DNA of 64,000 nt from Octopus vulgaris (GCA_951406725.2 OX597828.1:9610001-9674000); one strand, 5' to 3'. Counted from the first letter of the stretch, positions 25,457 to 39,448 are shown. Made by a program: numbers and translations. Notes: generated by a model from the letters alone, not told the origin.

Positions 25457-25868
25457 GTGTGTACAGAGAGGGAGATAGATACGATTAGAAAGAAAAAAAA
25501 GAAAATAATCTAAAATAAAATATATACATTTGTTCTCTTCCTGAGAATATACAGCTGAAACCAAAGTAGCACTGAAAATTCATAAGTCATCTAGACACAC
25601 TGTAGCAAGTCAAGCAGCTATAGAAATTTTAACATGAAATTACATTGTCATGTGTCATTTGTTAAGAGTACAGAAATCGGTTAATTTTTTTTCTTGTAAT
25701 GTTGGGATTATTAATAAATCTTAATGCATTTAAATTTTAATATCCGTCGTACGACTTTCTGGTTTAAATGAAAATGGCTTGTATTGTATACCTTAGATTT
25801 CTGAAATACTTCTGAACTTCTTGAAGTACAAATTGTTGGTAAATTCATTTTATGTAGCAAATGATATT

Positions 25869-25916
<48 letters not shown>

Positions 25917-25918
<2 letters not shown>

Positions 25919-26471
25919 GCCCTGATGCAGTATCAGACAGTGACTCTCATGGCTTCTGATCTTAACTGATTGGAAGTGTTATCATGTACATTGTTTTGTC
26001 TTGGTATAAATGATGGGCTACAGGAAACATTCTGCTCAATACCATAGATTTGCTTGTCAGTTGTTTGACCTTTACCAGTTGCCATGTCCCTTAGTGGCTG
26101 AAGATATGTGCATCTCTGATCACGAGCAGAAGTTGTGGGGGAGCATCATAGCCATGTGTTGAAAGGAATTCTTTGAGGTTTGGATAATTCACCTTTGGAA
26201 ACATAGGTGTTTCGTTCAACATCCTTAAACAATCCTTATTCAGGGACCTTTTGAGCGGGATAGGCTACTCAACCAGAAGAAAATTCTAACTGGGCCCCAC
26301 CTGGAAGGTCATGCACTGTTTATCTTAATATGAGATCACCTTGTCGCGCACATATGGTTGTGATGCATGTGCCTGGTGTACCCTTATCAGACGGGTAGTC
26401 ATGTTGGGTATATTGGGCTTCGTATACTTTACCCCATTGTCACTTTGATGGCACGCACTGCTCTCTCAGTC
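25917..26471. mobile_element. ~550-bp non-coding interspersed element embedded in (AAT)n, copy 1
   Basis: Flanked on both sides by (AAT)n; highly similar to 26693-27226. Confidence 0.8.
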
Positions 26472-26561
26472 AATAATGATAATAATAATAATAATAATAA
26501 TAATGATAATAATAATAATAATGATAATAATAATGATAATGATGATAATAATAATAATAAA

Positions 26562-26608
<47 letters not shown>

Positions 26609-26692
26609 TAATAAATATAATGATAATAATGATGATGTTGATGATGAAGATGATGATGATGATGATGATGATGATGATAATAATAATAATAA
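26472..26692. repeat. (AAT)n/(GAT)n microsatellite
   Basis: Read directly; explains the poly-N, poly-I and poly-D ORFs. Confidence 0.95.
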
Positions 26693-27226
26693 CTGTGGCT
26701 CTCATGGCTTCTGATCTTAACTGATTGGAAATGTTATCATGTACATTGTTTGTCTTGGTATAAAAGATGGGCTACAGCAAATATTCTGCTCAATACCACA
26801 GATTTGCTTGTCAGTTGTTTGACCTTAACCAGTTGAGCATGTCCCTTAGTGGCTGACGATATGTGCATCTCTGATCACGAGCAGAAGTAGTGGGGGAGCA
26901 TCATAGCCATGTGTTGAGAGGGATTCTTTGGGGTTTGAATAATTCACCTCTGGAAACATGGGTGGTTCTTTCAACATCCTTAAACAACCCTTATTCAGGG
27001 ACCTTTTGAGCGGGATGGGCTACTCAACCTGAAGAAAATTCTAACTGGGCCCCACCTGCAAGGTCATGTGTTGTTTATCTTGATATGAGATCACCATGTC
27101 GCGCACATGTGGTTGTGATGCATGTGCCTGGTGTACCCTTATCAGACGGGTAGTCATGATGGGTATATTGGGCTTCGTATATTTTACCCCAGTGTCACTT
27201 TGATGGCATGAAGTGCTCTCTCACTC
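26693..27226. mobile_element. (AAT)n-embedded element, copy 2
   Basis: Direct repeat of 25917-26471 lacking ~20 bp at the left end; same right end followed by (AAT)n. Confidence 0.8.
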
Positions 27227-27281
<55 letters not shown>

Positions 27282-27861
27282 GTAATGGTAATGATAAGAG
27301 TATAGCTTTGTATACAAATAAGATACAAATGTATGGAGCGTTTGCTCCCTACGTTTTTAGCTTAGACACACACAGTAGCCCCATATATAATATTGATATG
27401 TTTCTAGTTTGAAATGATTTAGGCAGCTAGCGGCTTCGTTTCGTTTAATTGCTAAAAATGAGGATGCTTCCGGTTTTTTTCATTTTAGATTTGCTTTTGC
27501 TGGCTGTGTGTATGTGTTTGCATATCGTTCCAAAATCATTCCAAAAATAACGTTGACATCGACAGATTCTAGATATATTTGTACAACACACGTGATCACA
27601 AGTAAACTCATGTCCAACTTTACGCACACTGGGATTTCGTACTTAGGCATTTTGTACTTTGTGGTTTCATACATGATGGTACGATAAGGGACAATTTTAT
27701 TGCCGATAACCCTGCCGGTAAAGTTCGGATTTTTTTCATCCGTTACTTCAACTCTAGCCTTTAAGGAAATACGTTTCATACCAACTCTCACTCTCACTCT
27801 TCTCTTTCCGTCCATCTCCTTCTTCCTTCTTCCTCCTCGATTTCAGATACTAAAAATACAC

Positions 27862-28279
27862 GGATCCTTTCGGTTTGAACGGCAGTTTTTAACATAATTT
27901 CTAGGTAACTAAAAAATTTTTAACTTCGTATACTGGTAGAATGTGTTTATAAAACATCGTTTTCTCTTGGCTTTATTGAGAAAATTCTATGGTTTGTAAG
28001 ATATTTTTTTCTTCAATTTCTGCAATTTCAACCAATCAATTGCGTCTATTGAGGTAAAAAACATTCTGTGGCGTATGAATATGTCCCTCGTTTAAGAAAC
28101 AGATTGGGTTTATTTACATTTTTGAAGAAAAAAGAGGCCCTTCTGCCCACCCCTAATCCTAACGAACCCTAACCCTAAAACAGATAGAAATGCAATAGAT
28201 CGATACTAGGGTCATAATTATGGGTGACAATTTCATATGACACCGCTAGAAAAAACTGCCGTTCAAACCGAAAAGATCC
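27862..28279. mobile_element. MITE family 1 with perfect 8-bp TSD
   Basis: GGATC...GATCC termini flanked by AAATACAC at 27854-27861 and 28280-28287. Confidence 0.92.
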
Positions 28280-31200
28280 AAATACACTTCTCCCTAAGCG
28301 TTCACAGGCCAGTGTATCACACATCGGTCACCTACCTCACCTTCTCATCTTACGGAGTCATACGAAAGATTCGACTCTCACTCTTCCCACAAAACAGGAA
28401 TGCGTACCTATGTGGAACATTTGACTGGCGACTGTTGGCGTTGCAAACTACAGTTCTTTTCGGAGTAAGAGAAGGAGAAAAATAAGAGAGTTTACAAAGA
28501 AATGAAAAGGAGATTTTTATAACTACTTCCCTATACGCTTTGTTGTTCGTATCAAAAGGCGCTACTTGTTTCCTCACGATGATTGTATTTTTATTGGCGT
28601 TTAAATTTGTTTATACTTGTCAAATTGTGGTGTGTGACTATTTTCCAGTCTTATAATTTTATATGTCTTTTTACACTTGGTAGAATTTGAAAACATTTTG
28701 CTTTTATCATCTTCCAATAACGTGGGAACATATATAGGCCTACTATGCCTTTCATCCTGTTGGGAGTCGATAAACATAAGTACTATTTCAGTACTGGGGG
28801 GCCATGTGATCGACTTGCTCTTGGCCCAAAATGGCTGTCCGTGTACCAAAATTTTCAACCAGTATTATCTTCCAGTTTTGGCTATCGTAAACACTTGTAA
28901 ATTTTAGAAGGTTCAAAAGTGTGTCGCAGTGGAATATTATCACATAACGGTTTCCACAAAACATGCCCACAATACAAAATTTAATTCTAAAATGTCCTCT
29001 CTATATCTTAGCAAAAGATATCACTGAGATGTAGAGTAGTCTATTTATCTATCATTTTTCAACTGTGAATTCATTCGATATCACATTATATATCATTATA
29101 TATCATAATCCTCTCCAACTGTACCATAGATTACTTCATCTAATATTCTTCATTTTTATTGAATATTTCACTGACCCACTTTTTAAAAAAAAATATATCA
29201 ATTTGCAAACTTCAATATTTCTATTCACCCAGATGAGCATCTAATATAAATGCTATACACAAAACCTCTGATAACCTAGAAAAATGTGAAGAGGTTCATT
29301 ATTTCACAAAATGAATTATAAAATGTAATTGAACGTCACTAATATCGTATCCTCACATCTACAGATTTAGGGCCTTGTGACTTAGTAACAAATCATTTTA
29401 TCATATCTAAGATATATTGCCAGATTTCCAGTTTCGTTATTTATGTCTCCTTACTTGACTAGATAAATAAATATACCAAGATGAGTCTTTGAAATATATC
29501 TATTTTTTCATATCAAATATAATTTATTTTATAATATATGATTCATGATAATATTTTGCATGCATCGGATTGTGTCCCTGGGCGAGACAATTGACAGTAT
29601 TTGCTTATCTCTTCGTGTTTATTGCCGAAAAGTTGAATATATTTAAACATTTCTAAATATATTTCTCTTTGATTTCCAGTCTTATAATCCAGACTATAAA
29701 CGACGCAGACAGGTCCTATACTATAATTGACCGAACTTAGCCCAACTGCCTTCTTTATTTCTTATTATATGTCAGCTTTCATGACGTTTTCAATCAGTTT
29801 GAAATTATTTTCTATTTCATTTGGTTTGTTTTTCTGTTTTTGTCTCTCTCCTGAACTACTAATAACAAGACCAATACTAAAATCAATAGCCGAGACTGAA
29901 TCAGAAATAAGAATTAAAAATATATAACGAGAATATATAAAAAAAAATGGTTATCTGAAGATGAAATCGTGCTGTCACGAGAGAAATTCCATTTCACATA
30001 AAAATGTTATAATTGTAATATTGCTCTGCAGTTATATTTTATTTTTGTTTTCATCAGGTTTGGGAATAGAACTCGAAATCTGTTTGTTCGTGCTTGTGTT
30101 CATAACTTTTCCTCTGTATAATTAGACTTGAATCCAAATGTTTTCTATGCGTGCACCTATATTTCATTTTAGGATACCTTGTTTTCTTAATTATATTTGT
30201 TTGTTTATTTTTTTAGTTTGTGCTGTTTTGAATTATATGTTTCTATCGTCTGATGTAGCTCAATCTTATTCTATAATTATTGTTTTCGAAAATGTTACAA
30301 TGTCACGATATCAGTGAAGAGCTAACTTCGAAATGCTTTTCACATACAGCAATCCGTGATTTACCTATTTTAGTATATAACTCATAAACACTTATTACAG
30401 ACTGATATAATTGTAATGAGAGCTGATGTTTGAGAAATATTCCTGATGTAGACAGCACATGACATATTTACAAGAATTTAATAAATAAATTGAGTTTACA
30501 ATCTGAGAAAAATATTTTAACTTTGGAAACAATAAGAGCAGCAAATATTAAGGTATTTGCATCAATATAGTAAAGCTTTCGAGTAAAGTGCTCTGGTGTA
30601 TGTACGTGTACCTGCTTGTGTTTGTATTTCATTTTGTAAATGTATAAATGTGTGTCTCTATTCTTTTTCGCATATTCATGAATACGCGTATATGTGTGTA
30701 TCTTAGTGTTTGTGTGTATTCGTGTATGAGAGTATCGATAATATTTTCTTTGCAAATTTAGGCTATGAGAGATTATTAAATATTTCTAAACTTTCAATTG
30801 ACATTTGCAATTTTATCGTCAAGTGTGTTATTACAATAACATTTCATTAATATATTATATGTTGATAAAAGTGTACAATCCGTAAATTTATATTAGAAAT
30901 TAATTTAAATGATATTTTCTAATAGAAATGTCTGGATCAATATCGGAATTATTTATATGGTTACACACATTGAATTTACATTTAAACTCAGAAAAACGAC
31001 ATTGAATTTTACACGTTGACTAAGGAATGTCTATACTATTCTAAGCGGCACGTTACTTCAATGTACCAAGGACAGATTGTTTGGATTAAATTTTAAAGAA
31101 TATTTCTTCTTTCCTTGTGTCTGGACTGCTGGGTAGTGTCTGTTTTATTGGATCAGATCTGAGTAAGGTTTTATGGAAGACCAGAAGTTCTCTTTACAGT

Positions 31201-32603
31201 AAATCTCCTTCCCATAAGTTGTCCAAATGAAAGCAAGAGTCAATTCTCTTCTACACCAATGTTGTTGCAGGATTTAAAAAATTAAGTCGAAAAAGTATCG
31301 AACTAAATTATTGGCCTGGCTCCTGAACAGTAGTCGATAACTACAATCCCGGATACTATTGAGACGGATACTTCTTTAAGGCGCCAGAAAAATTGAAAGA
31401 AAACGTTATTGGCTGGATTCAAGTGCGAAGTGTAAAGAGATGAAACAAATATTGCATAGCATTTTCATTACAGTCTAACAATTTTCAACTCCGACCTAAT
31501 ACTTGCTTGTCAAAAATTCATAGAAATTATTGGCAACGGAAACGTCTCGTGCCTATAATGACTATATCCATTTGTAGAGTGAGTCAATCAACGCTGTCCG
31601 GTTTTCCTATACTGTACAAGCTTGTGAAGTCCTAAAAGTATACTTCTATTTCGCTCAATGCCTAATGCATAGCATTTCAGATGTTTTAACTTTGACGTAT
31701 AGTACGTCGACATAGAATGATATTCAACTATGTCGCACGGAATCAGAACGGTGCATATTAAAATTTATTGTTGTTTTTCCACTCTAGCATCCATATCACA
31801 CAAACGTTTAACAGTATTACTTTAGTCTGCAACATTCACAACCGAACAAACAAAAATATTACTATTGTTTTTTTTCAATATTTTCTGCTCGTTAAAAGCA
31901 CGGAAATAAAGTAGCTGTAATTGGACAATGATATGAGCTTTTGAATTGGCAGCTAACCATGCGGTGTGCATCGTCTTTGTATGTGAGCTTGTATCAGTTA
32001 ACAAGGTGCAATATATAATTCAAAGTATTGTATACATCACTGGTTGCTCAACGTTTCAGATGTAATACCTACATTAAATATGAAGGTTACTGTTTCTTAA
32101 TAACATAAAATTTATATAATTAAACAACTTAGGCATATGCACCTATATACTTAGTTACATATGAACACACACACACACACATACACGCACACATGCACAC
32201 ATAATGTATATGCATAGGGGTTTGTTAAAGAGCAGCTTCGAAGAATTAGTCATTACGTGCCACTACTCTAACAGAAAAACGAGGCATTTGATTGGCCACC
32301 ACCTTCAATCATATCAGAATGAATGAGAAATAGTTTTACACATGCACTTCTCTCCAAAGTACAAAAACATTAGAACTGAAAATGGATTAATATACAGCAA
32401 GAGGAACATATATGGCTTAACTTAATAAATTCGAGTCTATCATGAATCCAACAAAGTATCTGAAAACTTGTTAACAATATTATAAGAGGAGCTTTCGTCT
32501 GTAGTCTAACGGATTTGAATTATTCAACATCGCACGACGTTTATACAAAAGAGAAGACAAAATCTTTCCACAACTTCGCCCAAACTTTGTTTAGGCCGGA
32601 CCC

Positions 32604-32910
32604 ATGGCTGCAGCGCTTGCGTTCTAAAAGGTTGTGGTGTGCTTGCTTAACCGTAGTTTGAGCTTGATACCTTCAGTTTTCTTTCTTGTGTTACAGAGTA
32701 TACAAGGAAGAGCAGAGATCACTGATTCAATTTGTCTGGTCTGAAGGCATGACAGAGGCTGAAATTCATCGCAGGTTTTCGGTAGAGAACGGGAAAGGCG
32801 CTCTGCCATGTATAAATCTGTTTGAGTGGATCGAGAAGTTTAAAAAATGGCTGAAATGCCTGAAGTACGTAGAGAGCACATGGCGCACATCAACGTCTGT
32901 CACTGACGTG
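32604..32910 (+). mobile_element. mariner transposase N-terminal fragment
   Basis: KEEQRSLIQFVWSEGMTEAEIHRRF...LFEWIEKFKK, a mariner HTH; similar to the start of the 43332 element. Confidence 0.75.
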
Positions 32911-33059
32911 AAGAGTTATTTTGACACAGAATATTTTGTCATTCAACATTCTCATAGTGTATTTAATACAAATATGCTACGCATCCTTCCCGAATGTTGA
33001 AGATGTTTGTTTCACAATCATAAGGACACTGTTTCTTAGCTTCATGCTCTTGCTTGATG

Positions 33060-34095
33060 GTTAGGGGTTATTCAAAGTTGTCCCAGAGGCATCAGCATGC
33101 GTAGAGCCGACCAGGACCACCATTGTTCTCCATCGCTCGTTCCCCGTGCCAGCCCCGTTGCATCTGCTAAAGTGATGTTGAAACACTGGAGATTTTCCCC
33201 AGTCACGTTCAGCCATCTGGTGCTGCCCCTGCCACATAGACTCTTCCAACCTACTGACGCGTCAAATGGAATTAAAGGCCCGATAGGTTGATCCAGAGTG
33301 AGAGGAAGTATACGTCCTTCATGTGCACGCGACGGATAGCTATGAGGTGGGAGGCAGCGGGCTGATGCGCGCGAACGCTTTTCCTTGTTAGAAACACGAG
33401 GCTACCATGTGATGTTTTTGATGCTTCTAAGGTCTCTGGTATCGAAGCTATTGATCCTCTTTGCAAGAGGGGGCACGTTTCTGCTCTTTATAGGAGAATG
33501 GAAAAGAACGATGTGTTGTGGATTCGGAGTGTCGTCTACCGGGAGATAGAATTGTAGCGCCAGCGGAGCTTCCATAAAGAGTACATTGCCCCAATGGTCA
33601 GACCACATCTGCGGTTGATCACCGGTGTCATTTCTCCATTGTTGTGACTGTGAAGCCCATGTTGATGAAGGAGCTCATGAATTCCATGACGTCGGTTTCA
33701 ATATGGAGAGAGGGATAATCGGAGCCATCTTCGACATGCATAAGCTTGGTCTTCGCCCAACTCACAGAAAGACCAGGCCCTGCTGATTCTCCTCTGTAAA
33801 TAGTGAAAGCGTCCCTGAGCTGGTTGATCTAGTTGTTGAATAGGGTGGTATCGTTCGCATACTCCAGGTCGGTAAGCCGGGTATTTCCCAAAGGTAATGC
33901 CAGAGAATCGCTCACGTCCATCAGATAACGGATGATACAGTTGAAGAAGCCGGGGAAGCAAAAGTACGTCAACTCATCTGTAGCAAACCCAGGGACATAC
34001 CCTCCTCTCCATCCCGAGCAAGCTCTTCACCAGGATTTACCTCAAGCGTGCTCTTCCTGCAATTGGAAGAAGACACTGCCCACAACAAGCGTTCA
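33060..34095 (-). mobile_element. RTE-clade LINE relic (RT and C-terminal region)
   Basis: Minus strand gives TRLTDLEYANDTTL (YADD-equivalent) at 33841-33882 and AKRINSFDTRDLRSIKNITW. GC-richer than the flanks, with many frameshifts. Confidence 0.75.
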
Positions 34096-34566
34096 ATTAT
34101 ATTAAATTGCATATCATATATGTTGCTTTTACTAAGAACATAGTTCAACAGAAAACTTCTGAGTGAAACTTATTGACACAAGAAACATGGAAGGCTGTCA
34201 GGTATATTTTAACCTTAATTTAATAAGGATTTAGAATCCATTTTCATGATCCCTGAAATTAGATCATTACCAAAATGGATTCAGATTCATTTCCTTTAAT
34301 AATCAACGGTGTTCGGCAAGTAGAATGTTGTGTGTGGCTTATTTTTATGGAGATAACAGTCAATGATGGAAGAATGACCATGAAGCTCGTAATACTATTA
34401 GATTTACTGTATGATTTTTGTCTGATTTCACAATTTTCAACGGTAGTATCACCATCTATGTGCAGGACGTCCCCTCATGCGTGTTCGTTGATATGGATAT
34501 AAAGAGAATTCTTTTCTAATACCTACCTACCTATAGGCATTCATAATACATACATATATGTATACA

Positions 34567-34610
<44 letters not shown>

Positions 34611-36584
34611 CCTGCATGAATACATATGTATATGTTCACTTCTACATATACGTCTATATATATATATATTACTCGTCCGTCATATACCTAAACGTTTTGG
34701 CGAGAACAGGAATGTTGAGTCGATTTTGTGTGTGTTTATGTGTTTGTGTGAGAATGGAAATTTAATTCATTGTTCCACCGACAAAGATCAAGTGTAGTGG
34801 TAGACGTTAGCGCTAGACAAGACATCAATCAACTCCAGCTAGTTAGTCCATAAAGAATATTATTCCAAGTTAATTTAATGATGAGACAAAAGAACGACTA
34901 CAATAATAATAAAAAAAACTATAACAGCGATGACGACCACAAAACATTTAAGTTGATCAGAAGAGTAAAGAAGTAAGGTAATATATTGTTTGTTATTATC
35001 TTTTTTTTCTGCGAAGAATATATTTCTTTTTTTTTTCAGTGGTGTGTTGAGAGAAAACGTTGATAACAACCTCCAAAGCATTATTCAAACGGCGAAAAAA
35101 CTTCAATATCTAATTTCAGTTAAACGGAAATATTTTAGGAATGTGGTACTTGAAAGAATTTTGATTTTAATTTTATTTCTGTTTGTTTTTTTAAGTATTT
35201 TAGTTGTCGTTTTTAAAAAATTAATAACATTTTCTTTTTTCATTGACACATTTTCTTTCTCATTTTTTATTTTCTTTTGGATCAACTCATTTCTTAGTTC
35301 ACATGTGACTGTTTCGTTTCAATTAACAGGCTTGAAGATAGAGAAAGATGTTTGAGAAGACAAGTTAAAGAGTGTATTAATTGATCGATCGGCTGGCATA
35401 TTGATTAATATTTAACGTGTAATACGAGATGAGGAAGGAAAAAAAATCTTCATAAAATGTTCGGATTGATAACTTTCCGTTGTAACTTTTTTTAAAGAAA
35501 AGTAGTGCTCATAAGAAACAAAAAAATCAAGCATGTTTTGTTGTTATTGTTGTTGATTTCACTTGAGAAATATTATCTAATAAACAAGCGTGTCATGCGA
35601 ATGTCATAGATGGCACCACTGTTCAAATATTAAACCAAACGTCTAAATAAACTTGTTTACGAAACGAAGTATATGTCTATATAAATTCTATACTTTTGTA
35701 CAGAATCGTTTATCAAAATCTGCTTCAGTTGGTGGCATTTGAACCCAGTTGATTTACATTATTACAACCAAAAGAAGTAACATTAATGTTAAATTCAGTT
35801 TACATTGTTATTCTTAGTTATTGAGTATGATATTGGATACTCGAATATATGAATTTCCTATTATTTATCTATTAAGTTCTAATTTAGTATCTCTCATTTA
35901 TGGCTAAAGTAGTCGGAATTGTGCGTTCGAATTTCTTTACAGACTTACAATGCATAGTTATCGCCACCGAATAAGGATTAATGGAAAATAATATCTACCT
36001 TACGTACTGAGTATCGGAAGAGCTTTGAATATTTAATTATCAGGAAAATAAGCAAAAGCCGGCGCTTCACATCACCTATAAAAGTTATTGAGGATTGTCA
36101 GAAATATATATCAAGAGAATATCAATAATTGGTTCCAAGATGCATAACGTTACTCAAAAAATGGACATATCACGAAAAAAAAAAACATTTTAAATCTCAT
36201 TAACTTATATTTGTATTAATAAATTTCTTGTACATATTTTCACATGTATTTTAGTTCATGGTCTATTATTGGCTTTTAGCGTTTCATTTCGTTTTCAGTT
36301 TTATCCTTTTATATGTGTTCGATGACACTAATGTAAATTTGAACATATCAACTGCAGTTGAAGTTCATATTTCCCGCTAATTTCTTCGAAAGAAAGGAAA
36401 AAGTGCAACGTGGAAGGGGACCTAAATGGAAAAGACATAATTTGATATGCTGTAAAGATAGGTATTAGGTTTGATGTTTTCTGAGATATTGTATGGTTTC
36501 GATTCCAATGCGGAATATTTGCAATTGAGTTGTGCTATTTCATTGGGGGGTGATATGTGTCATACATGATTTGTGGTTCTTGCT

Positions 36585-36755
36585 ACTTAGCGGCATTTCA
36601 TCCGTCATTACTTTATCAGTTCAAATTCACCCGAGGTCAGCTTTGCTTTTTATCCGTTGAGGGTTCAAAATTTAAGTACCAGTTGAAAACCAGCGTCGGA
36701 GAAATCGATGTAACCCATCCGGAAATTGCTGGCCTTATGCCAAAATATGGAATCA
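36585..36755 (+). mobile_element. Nin/Deu-type SINE, diverged
   Basis: CAGTTCAAATTCACCCGAGGTC...AAGTACCAG. Confidence 0.7.
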
Positions 36756-36825
36756 GTTTGATGTGACATTTAATAATGTTACTGGAATTTTAAGTAATGG
36801 GTGATTTTTTTTTTCTTTTTCTCAG

Positions 36826-36903
36826 GGTGAGCCACATTTTAATTGAATTGGAATAGCATCATGGGCTGCAACTAAGACAACTGTACTTGCAACTATCGCT
36901 AAG
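36826..36903 (+). other. candidate 78-nt internal exon, probably non-coding or UTR
   Basis: Long polypyrimidine tract with CAG acceptor and AAG|GTTAGT donor; stops in all three frames. Confidence 0.35.
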
Positions 36904-37620
36904 GTTAGTAACAGGTAGGGTTTGTAAGTGTTCCTTCATATATTTTATATTTACTTATTTATCATATCTAATTCTTCGATTATTATTTGTACTGCTTTAA
37001 TTTCATTGTGAATGATGATACTCTCAATTACGCATTTGTGGAGTTTAAGTATTTCTCTGCGTCCTTTATGACAATAATTTTGTTAGAAAGTGACGAGATG
37101 TCAGAATAAGCCTTTTGTTTTTGTCATGATATTCATATCTGTTTTGATAGGTAAATTACAAAACTTTATGTCCAGTATTGACCTATGCTACACAAGCGGA
37201 GGTGAAGAATTCAACAGGGGCATCGTTCCGAATACATTCTCGGCATTTAATGTCAGTAACGATTTTATTCACAATACTATTCCATAGTTTTTGTGGTTAA
37301 GTACTGCCGTTGCTCAATTGGAAAGGGACCTTACATTTCTGCTCCCAGCTGAGACCTGCTGGTATATTAATGCTCATCTTTATTATTTCTTCTTTGACGG
37401 GTTTCGCCAAGCATTACATATAGCGGGGTTTTTTCTCCACTATTTCTGGCACTATTCATTAAATACATGATAAACTTCCAATAATTCCAGCTCCTATAAT
37501 TATATACCGCTTTATATAGCCTAGTAGTTCTCAACCAGGGGCCATGTAGACATGTGGGTTCATATAAAATTTTAATAATATATATATATATATAATATAA
37601 ATAATATACATATATATATA

Positions 37621-37705
<85 letters not shown>

Positions 37706-37712
37706 CAATATT

Positions 37713-38010
37713 TAAATAATGAGGAAGATAAATTAATATTAATTTTAATTTTAATTTAAAACCAGTAGTCTATCATACAAAAATCTGAAAAATCAGAGAA
37801 AAATTCTAATACATGTGTATATTGACAGGGCAAGACTGCTAGGCAGTCGGCCGCATGCTAGAAATAGATCATCAATGATCAAACTACAAAGAATGTTCTC
37901 TAGAGGAAAATTTAGCGAACACCAGAACCAAATTTGGCGGGCAGGACAGATGAAAACTTATACAAAAAACAGAATTAATCGCATACCTCGGTTTCAGCTT
38001 TTAACAAAAG
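37713..38010 (+). mobile_element. interspersed repeat with conserved RNA-like structure, possibly a Penelope-like pLTR
   Basis: Homologous to 55072-55270 on the minus strand; both copies start next to (AT)n. Confidence 0.6.
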
Positions 38011-38194
38011 AGTGACAGATTAATAGAATAGAATAGTGGGAGAAGAGGAGATAAAAGAATAAGAGGGAGAAAGAGAGAAAAAGGAAAGTGTGAAAAAATC
38101 GTATAGAGTGTGCATCAGATTTATTAAGATGAATCTTACTTGGAATATAATGCGTGGCATTCTGTCATATAATAATGTAAATAATATATATATG

Positions 38195-38261
<67 letters not shown>

Positions 38262-38264
<3 letters not shown>

Positions 38265-38490
38265 TGTATGTGTTTGTGTGTCTGTGTTTCTCCCCCAAGC
38301 ATTGCTTGACAACCGATGCTGGTGTGTTTATGTCCCCGTCACTTAGCGGTTCGGCAAAAGAGACCGATAGAATAAGTACTGGGCTTACAAAAGAATAAGT
38401 CCCGGGATCGATTTTCTCGATTAAAGGCGGTGCTCCAGCATGGCCGCAGTCAAATGACTGAAACAAGTAAAAGAGAAAAGAGAAAAAGAG
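38262..38490 (+). mobile_element. CORE-type SINE 3' half
   Basis: Well-conserved 3' body and AAAAG tail. Confidence 0.85.
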
Positions 38491-38560
38491 AAATATATAT
38501 ATGTATGTATATATATATATGTATGTTTATATATATATATGTATATATATATACACATAC

Positions 38561-38606
<46 letters not shown>

Positions 38607-39106
38607 TATAAAATCTTATTATAAAAGGCAGATATTATCTGCCTTCCTTTGTCAGTTATAGAAATCTACAATATAGGATTTCTTCAATTACAATTTACTT
38701 AGCATTTTTAAGAGTAGAATGCATCGGGTTTTGGCAGGTCCACTTTTTAAAATTTAAACTCCAATTAAGCAAAATTTACAGAAAACACACATTCTGGTGT
38801 GTATGTCAAATGCTTTTCCTAATGTGTTTTACATCACACGCACACGCACACACACAGTGTGCAAGGAATAAAATGAAAGTAATTCACCTTCTGTAGTGAG
38901 TGACTCTTTCAGTCTGCCACTTCCTCTTTACACACATAGACACGCAAATATATAAATAAAATTGTAAGCTAACGTGCGTGTGTGTGAGTGTGTGTGTGAG
39001 TGTGTGTGTGTGTGAGGGTGCGTGTGCGTGTGTGTGTGTGTGTGTGCATGCGTGTGCGTGAGTGTGTGACAGGAAAGTATTTTAGCACGAATATAAGACC
39101 TATATC

Positions 39107-39416
39107 GGCGATGTTTCGCTTGTCGTAGCACAGGTTTCCGTCGATTTCCGTAAAAAAATTATAATGAGATCGAAAGAGACTAAGAGAAAGCGATTGTATG
39201 ACGAGGGAAGTTCTTTTGAAGTTACCGTGCATGGGACGCATTGATGTACATGTGTGTGTGTGTGTGTGTTTGATGGAGTGTGGGAGACAGACAGTATGTT
39301 GTGTAAGTGAAGTGCTTCTGTTAGTGTGTGTGAAGAGACAGAGAGAGTAATGTGTGAAAGAGAGAGATAACTGAAATGTTTTACTCGGTTTATGTGTATA
39401 TGTATGTATGCATGTA

Positions 39417-39448
<32 letters not shown>

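Noticed and set aside
26845-26915. Hammerhead in the (AAT)n-embedded element (CTGACGA...GAAG)
   Set aside because: There is no GAAA box and no UH site in register with stems I and III.
37522-37570. hAT-like terminus TAGTAGTTCTCAACC
   Set aside because: Only one end is visible, with no partner TIR or TSD.
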